Of a stretch of 64,000 nt of DNA, positions 57,795-64,000 are shown in pieces. The notes beneath the pieces are model-generated. The model saw only the letters and a list, made by a program, of their open reading frames with translations, ran no database searches and was not told the DNA's origin. Origin of the DNA: Octopus vulgaris (taxonomy: Eukaryota). Made by a program: the position numbers and the translations under genes. The stretch is taken from assembly GCA_951406725.2 (NCBI GenBank), contig OX597827.1:38626001-38690000 (forward strand), given 5' to 3'. Position 1 is the stretch's first letter. Each line of letters opens with the position of its first letter.

Positions 57795-57927
57795 ATAAAA
57801 TACAGTGTACATTTAAACACATAAGGAATCCACTTGTGGGAATTCAACACGCTAGAAAGAACAGCTAGGTTATAGAACTGTCCCATGAGTGGATTCCTTA
57901 TGTGTTTAAATGTACACTGTATTTTAT
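57795..57927. repeat. Near-perfect hairpin / tiny Tc1-like MITE
   Basis: ataaaatacagtgtacatttaaacacataaggaatccact paired with agtggattccttatgtgtttaaatgtacactgtattttat; TA-CAGTG ends. Confidence 0.85.
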
Positions 57928-58015
57928 GAGTAATACATAGTCTTTGGACTAAATTTTTACACGCTAGGCCACTGGAAGTGAAAATTTCTATTAATTTCCA
58001 TCTCCCTTTGATATG

Positions 58016-58060
<45 letters not shown>

Positions 58061-58062
<2 letters not shown>

Positions 58063-60555
58063 TCATCATCATCATCATCGTTTAGCGTCCGTTTTCCATG
58101 CTAGCATGGGTTGGACGGTTCTACTGGGGTCTGTGAAGCCAGAAGGCTTCATCAGGCCCAGTCAAATCTGGCAGTGTTTCTACGGCTGGATGCCCTTCCT
58201 AACGCCAACCACTCCGTGAGTGTAGTGGGTGCTTTTTACGTGCCACCCGCACTGGTGCCAGACAGAGCTGGCAAACGGCCACGAACGGATGGTGCTTTTT
58301 ATGTGCCACCGGCACGAGGGCCAGGCGAGGCTGGCGACGGACACGAAACGGGGCGGTGCTGGCAACGGTCGCGAAACGGAAAGTTCTCTTACATGCCACC
58401 GGCACTGGTAACACATCTGCAATTTCCATTGATCGATTTCGATTCTGATCCTCACTTGCCTCAACGGGTCTTCACAAGCAGAGTTTTGACATGCCACCGG
58501 CACTGGTAGCACATCCGCAATTTCCATTGATCGATTTCGATTCTGATCCTCACTTGCCTCAACACGTCTTCACAAGTAGAGTTTTGTGTCCCAAGAAGGG
58601 AAGGTATGCATACGTAGGCCGGCTCCATCCCATGTAGAAGGCCACGGGTTATGGACTCACTTGTCCTGCCGGGTCTTCTCGCGCACAGCACACTTCCAGA
58701 GGTCTCGGTCTCTAGTCATTTCCTCAGTGAGACCTAAAGTTCGAAGGTCGTGCTTCACCACCTCGTCTCAGGTTTTCCTGGGTCTGCCTCTTCCACAGGT
58801 TCCCTCAACCGCTAGGGTGTGGCACTTTTTCACACAACTATCTTCATCCATTCTCGCCACATGACCATACCAGCGCAAACGTCTCTCTTGCACACCACAA
58901 CTGATGCTTCTTAGGTCCAGCTTTTCTCTCAAGGTACTTACACTCTGCCGAGTGTGAGTACCGGCATTACACATCCATCGGAGCATACTGGCTTCATTTC
59001 TAGCGAGCTTACGCATATCCTCAGCAGTCACGGCCCATGTTTCACTGCCATGTAGCATGGCTGTTCGTACACACGCATCATACAGTCTGCCTTTCACTCT
59101 GTGTGAGAGGCCTTTTGTCACCAGCAGAGGTAAGAGCTCTCTGAACTTTGCCCAAGCTATTCTTACTCTAGCAGTTACACTTTCAGCACACCCGCCCCCG
59201 CTGCTGACTTGGTCACCTAGGTAACGGAAACTATCAACTATTTCTAGTTTTTCTCCCTGGAAAGTGACGGAAGTTGGTCTCAGAGCATTTTCAGTGTTTA
59301 TTGTTCCTGAGCATCTGCCACATACAAAAACCATCTTCCTAGTTAGCCTTCCTTTGACATTGCTGCATCTCTTATGTGTCCATAGCTTACACTTGGTGCA
59401 TCTTATAGAGTTTCTACCTACACCTTTTCTACAGATCGAGCAGGGCCATCTACCTGAAGGTGTTTGTGATTTGTCTACCTTCCTACTGATTACGACTTTG
59501 GTTTTAGCTAGATTGACTCTGAGGCCCTTCGATTCTAATCCTTGTTTCCACACCTGAAACTTCTCCTCCAGTTCTGATAGCGACTCAGCAATTAGAGCAA
59601 GGTCATCAGCATAGAGGAGCTCCCAAGGGCATCCTGTCTTGAATTCCTCCGTTATTGCCTGGAGGACTATGATAAATAGGAGGGGGCTGAGTACTGAGCC
59701 TTGGTGGACTCCTACCTCTACCCGGAATTCTTCACTGTACACATTTCCAACCCTCACCCTACTAGCGGCGTCCCTATACATGGCCCGCACAGCTCTCACT
59801 AACCATTCATCTATCCCTAGTTTCCTCATTGCCCACCAGATAAGGGATCGGGGGACCCTGTCGAAGGCTTTCTCCATGTCAACAAAAGCCAGGTACAGGG
59901 GCTTATCTTTGGCTAGGTATTTCTCCTGCAGCTGCCTTACCAGGAATATAGCATCAGTAGTACTTTTCCCTGGCACAAACCCAAACTGCATCTCATCTAA
60001 ACTAACTCTCTCTCTAATTAGTTGGGCTATGACCCTCTCCGTAACCTTCATCACCTGGTCCAACAGCTTGATACCTCTGTAGTTATTTGTATCTAGGGCA
60101 TCACCTTTACCTTTGTAGCAGTTGACTATTATACTGCTACACCAGTCATTGGGTATGACCCCTTTGTGTATCACCTGATTAACTATACGGGTGACTAGGC
60201 TATAGCCGACACTACCAGACATTTTGAGCATCTCTGCAGTGATTCCTGATGGGCCTGGGGCTTTCCCTGTCTTCATGCTTCTAATTGCCTTAGCTACCAC
60301 GGAACTATCAACTCGGATAGCTGGTCCCTCTGTTGGGTCAACATTCGGCAGACTCTCTTTATCCCATTCATTTTCTTCATTCAGCAACCTTTCATAGTGG
60401 CATCTCCAAACCTCTCTCTTTGCATCCTCATTTAGCGCAAGTGAACCATCTTCCATGCGAACACACTTCTCTCCTACCACATCACGATTCTCTCTCACAC
60501 ACTGTCTTGCAACACGAAACACCTCCAGTCTTTGGTCCTCACGGCGCAGAACATT
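58061..60555 (-). mobile_element. 5'-truncated RTE-clade LINE in ARMH3 intron (antisense)
   Basis: RT motifs (KAPGPSG, QFGF, DMEKAFD, GVHQGSVLSP, LLYADD, FRYLG, RRLRWYGHV, GRPRKT); ~600-bp 3' UTR ending in (GAT)n; no endonuclease domain. Confidence 0.95.
58657..60555 (-). pseudogene. RTE ORF2 (RT plus PHD-like finger), 5'-truncated, one TGG>TGA nonsense
   Basis: Frame open to RPRKT*(58768-58770), then continues DEVVKHDLRTLGLTEEMTRDRDLWKCAVREKTRQDK* to 58657. Confidence 0.9.
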
Positions 60556-61071
60556 AAAATCACACACACTCTTTCTTTCTCTCACTCTCTCTCTCTTTCT
60601 CTCTCCCTCAGTATTGATGACAGGAAGTAAAACACTGGCACAGTTCTTGAAACATACTCTGGTATCCTCTATATTCCAACAGATTTTACAAGCTATCTGG
60701 CTACTCACAAAATGACTGTATAATTTTTATATAAATTTGAAGTAAAAAAAACCCTCACTAATCAGTGTAAATCACTGTAAATGTTAGACAGACACAATTT
60801 AGACTTTGTAGATTTATTTCTGAACTATCACTAAATACCAATAAAAATGTATGTATGTAACATATATTGAGTACTATCATTATATTTCTTTTCCAAGTTG
60901 TAACATTTGTGTGTGTATGTGTTTGTGTGTAAACAACTGAAGTTATGATCTGTTGATTGAACCTGTTCTGGTTGCAGTTGCAGTGAACACAAACGGTTTT
61001 TAAGGTAGAGCAAGGATAAAATATGTATGTTATCTTATTCAGTTCTCAGAATGCTGTTTTTGTTATTGTAG

Positions 61072-61179
61072 ACATTATGTGCATTGATACGCGGAGTATT
61101 CCGGAAGACTCGCAATAATTATGGATTCGATATCATTAACATTCTAATTGGCTTTGATATGGCCGAAACGTTGATGCAA
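61072..61179 (+). CDS. ARMH3: ARMH3 coding exon 5
   Basis: ttgtag|[36 protein letters not shown]|gtaagt (human TLCALIRGV...GFDIINMLMGFD). Confidence 0.97.
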
Positions 61180-61882
61180 GTAAGTTTTCTTCTTCCCTGC
61201 TACCTCTCTCTTTCTGTTATATGTATATTTGTCTATGTATATGAGAAAAGGGAAAGTGTTCACATCAATCATCGTCGTTGTCATCATCATCATCATCATT
61301 TAATGTCCCCTTGTCCATGCTGCTCTGGGCTGGATGGTTCAGCAAGAACAGACAAGTCAGAGGGCTCCACCAAATTCTATGTCTGCTTTGATATAGTTTA
61401 TACAGCTGGATGCCCTTCCTGACACCAACCACTTAATAGTGTATTGGGTGCTTTTTACAATTTATTGTAATGTCCCTCCCTCTTTCCCTCTCACTTTTTC
61501 TATCTGTATGTATATATTTCTACAAGTAGATGTGTGTGTGTTTGTTTACCTCCAGTACCAAAAAACACTGTCACCAAAACAGGTTGAATGTCCAGTCAGC
61601 TGTGCCAAATTGTCTTGTTCCAAGAAAATGCTGTTAAAATTCTTGTTGTTAAGTTCTGATCTAAATCCTGTAGAGGTCAACTTTATCTTTCACACTTCTG
61701 TGTTAATAAATTATGAGCCAATCAAATACTGGGTCGATGTAATCAGCTATATTTCCATCCCCTAAATTTGTATCCTCGTACCTGTCTATTAAAATGTTGT
61801 TTGTGTGTGTGTTCTCATGCTTGTATTTCTGTTCATCTATAATAAACTCAAAAATGTATCATTTCCTGTATCATCTTTACAG

Positions 61883-61975
61883 TCATTGGTAGAAAGCTTA
61901 AACAAGTTTCTCACTGGAGACTTTTCCATGAGTCTCAAACAATTATCCTTGAAGCTGCTTCTTGTTCTTGCCACA
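61883..61975 (+). CDS. ARMH3: ARMH3 coding exon 6
   Basis: ttacag|SLVESLNKFLTGDFSMSLKQLSLKLLLVLAT|gtaagt. Confidence 0.95.
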
Positions 61976-62547
61976 GTAAGTCTGTCTTAACAGATTGTTT
62001 TTCTTTCTTTCATTGCTTAATATTTGTCTATCACATAAAGTCGTATATAATCACTACAGCACATGGGGGCAGGAGGGGGTTGACTCAAACTGAAGCAGGA
62101 ATTTTCTACATAGTTACTTCACCTGCTCAACATAACAGTGAGGTCTTTATAAATAGGATCGCAAAAATGAAAGCAGGATTTTTTTAAAATTTGTTTTTTG
62201 TTTTTATTTATATTGCTTGATCTTCTTGAGGCATAAGTAATAAACTAAGAGCAATAGAAAAGGCTGGAAAGGACAGAAATGAGAATGGTTTGGTGGATGA
62301 GCAGAGTATCACTGGGAGAGAGGACAGCAGAGAATGATAGGAATAGTCAGTGATGGGTGCTGTGAAGAGAAATGGGATGATATGGCTGGGTCATGTGCTG
62401 AGGAAGGATGACTGTGACTGGGTGAGAGGTAATGGAAGAGTTCATATAGCAAAATATTTGAAAAAGAACAAATGATGAGATAAAACATGCTTCAGTGTAT
62501 TCTTTCTGTGTAATGGTGTAAAATGACTTACCGTTATATTATTTCAG

Positions 62548-62622
62548 GCTACCGATAACATTTCCCAGAACACCATGCTAGAATATATTCTCATCAATTG
62601 TGTCTTTGAATCCCTTATTTTG
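62548..62622 (+). CDS. ARMH3: ARMH3 coding exon 7
   Basis: tttcag|[25 protein letters not shown]|gtaagt (human [20 protein letters not shown]). Confidence 0.97.
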
Positions 62623-62977
62623 GTAAGTTACTGACTACTACTACTACTACAACCATTAATGACTATTATAACTGTTTTATAATTAGTGAATTTCCTGGAT
62701 TATATTCTGGAAGACACCAGAAGACAGAACTGCAATTTGACCAAAAAGAGAACAAGCATTTTCAGACATCCAAGACATGACGAATATGGAATGTCCTATT
62801 GTTAATCATTGATTGGCATTATTCTTACTCTTTGCAGAAGGGCACTTCTCTACAGTGTGTGGATTCCCACCTCTGGATTAGTACATTAAGATATTTAGCA
62901 GCATTAATTTTGTTAATTTTGAATTGTTTAATGAAATTTTACTCAGACTTTTCTTTTTTAAATGTCTAACATTACAG

Positions 62978-63064
62978 ATTTTGGGCAATTCCATTTATCG
63001 ACCAACCCTTGGCTATGATGCTGTTTTGCTGCTAACGTTATTGGTGCAATACAGAAAATACGAG
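62978..63064 (+). CDS. ARMH3: ARMH3 coding exon 8 (gene continues beyond window)
   Basis: ttacag|ILGNSIYRPTLGYDAVLLLTLLVQYRKYE|gtaagt (human GYDAVVLLALLVNYRKYE). Confidence 0.96.
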
Positions 63065-63456
63065 GTAAGTTAGACCAGCATCTAGCTATACTCCTATTTA
63101 TGTGACTAAGTGGACATCAAATATAATCATGCTGGCAGATTTCACTTATTTGTTATTTGTCCCCCACATTCCACCAATTGCTTTTCCCCTCAATCTATTT
63201 CTCTAGTTTGTTATTTTGTTATTTGTTTAATCACTCTTTACTAAATATTTTCTCCTCTTCCTTCAATTCATTGTCTTTCCCAAACTTTATCCCTTTGGAA
63301 CTCTCTCTCTCTCCCTCCCTCTCTCATATTCAAAGTGAACATGAATTTTTAAACATTTTCTTTGCACTAAACATTAATGACATACCAATGTATGTGTATG
63401 TACATGCTCAAAAACCTATATATGCAGGCATGGCTATGTGTTAAGAAGTTTGCTTC

Positions 63457-63693
63457 TTAACACACGAGGCGAGCTGGCAGAAATTTTAGCACGCCGGGCG
63501 AAATGCTTAGCAGTATATCGTCTGCCGCTACGTTCTGAGTTCAAATTCTGCCGAGGTCGACTTTGCCTTTCATCCTTTCAGAGTTGATTAAATAAGTACC
63601 AGTTATGCACTGGGGTCGATATAATCGACTTAATTCGTTTGTCTGTCCTTGTTTGTCCCCTCTGTGTGTAGCCCCTTGTGGGCAGTAAAGAAA
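63457..63693 (+). mobile_element. SINE family B nested in SINE family A head with 15-bp TSD
   Basis: taagaagtttgcttc at 63442-63456 and 63694-63708 flanks ggcgagctggcagaaa...gtaaagaaa. Confidence 0.85.
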
Positions 63694-64000
63694 TAAGAAG
63701 TTTGCTTCCCAACCACATAGTTTCAAGTTCAGTACCACTGCATGGCACCTTAGGCAAGTGTCTTCTACTATAGCCTCCGGGTGACCAAAGCCTTATGAAT
63801 GGATTTGTCAGATGGAAACTGGAAGAAGCTCATTATATATACATGTGTGTTTGTCTTCAACCATTTTGACAACTGGTGTTGGTTTGTTTATGTTCTTGTA
63901 ACTTGAGTTCAAATTCTGCCAACACCTACTTTGCCTTTCATCCTTTTGGGGGTCAAGAAATAAAGAGTCAGTCAAATATTGAGGTTGATGATATCAACTT

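Noticed and set aside
60556-60708. N-terminal extension of the 646-aa ORF
   Set aside because: Chance read-through into flanking (GA)n-containing intron; LINE similarity begins near NVLRREDQR (5' truncation)

Overview
Eukaryotic (metazoan) AT-rich, repeat-dense genomic DNA. The SINE/RTE content and (TA)n/(CA)n density suggest an octopus or other coleoid cephalopod; this is inference. Two intron-rich + strand genes could be assembled by hand from GT-AG exons. (1) The 3' part of a signal peptide peptidase-like 2 gene (SPPL2A/B-like; GxGD and QPALLYLVP motifs; exons 7207-25295), with two candidate microexons of 6 and 18 nt and a C-terminal acidic dileucine motif. (2) The 5' part of ARMH3/C10orf76 (8 coding exons, 47396-63064, running off the window), with a putative CpG-rich ETS/Inr promoter near 40.6 kb. 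The rest is mobile DNA: a young 5'-truncated RTE LINE with a PHD-like finger, a decayed mariner, Helitron pieces, MITEs/foldbacks, many SINEs and a ~4.9 kb compound (TA)n array. The most notable unannotated signal is a set of five type I hammerhead-ribozyme motifs in four dissimilar non-coding, Penelope-like/retrozyme-like elements. One motif is fully canonical with a very long stem II, and two form an opposite-polarity pair in one foldback. Most entries in the supplied ORF track are spurious.
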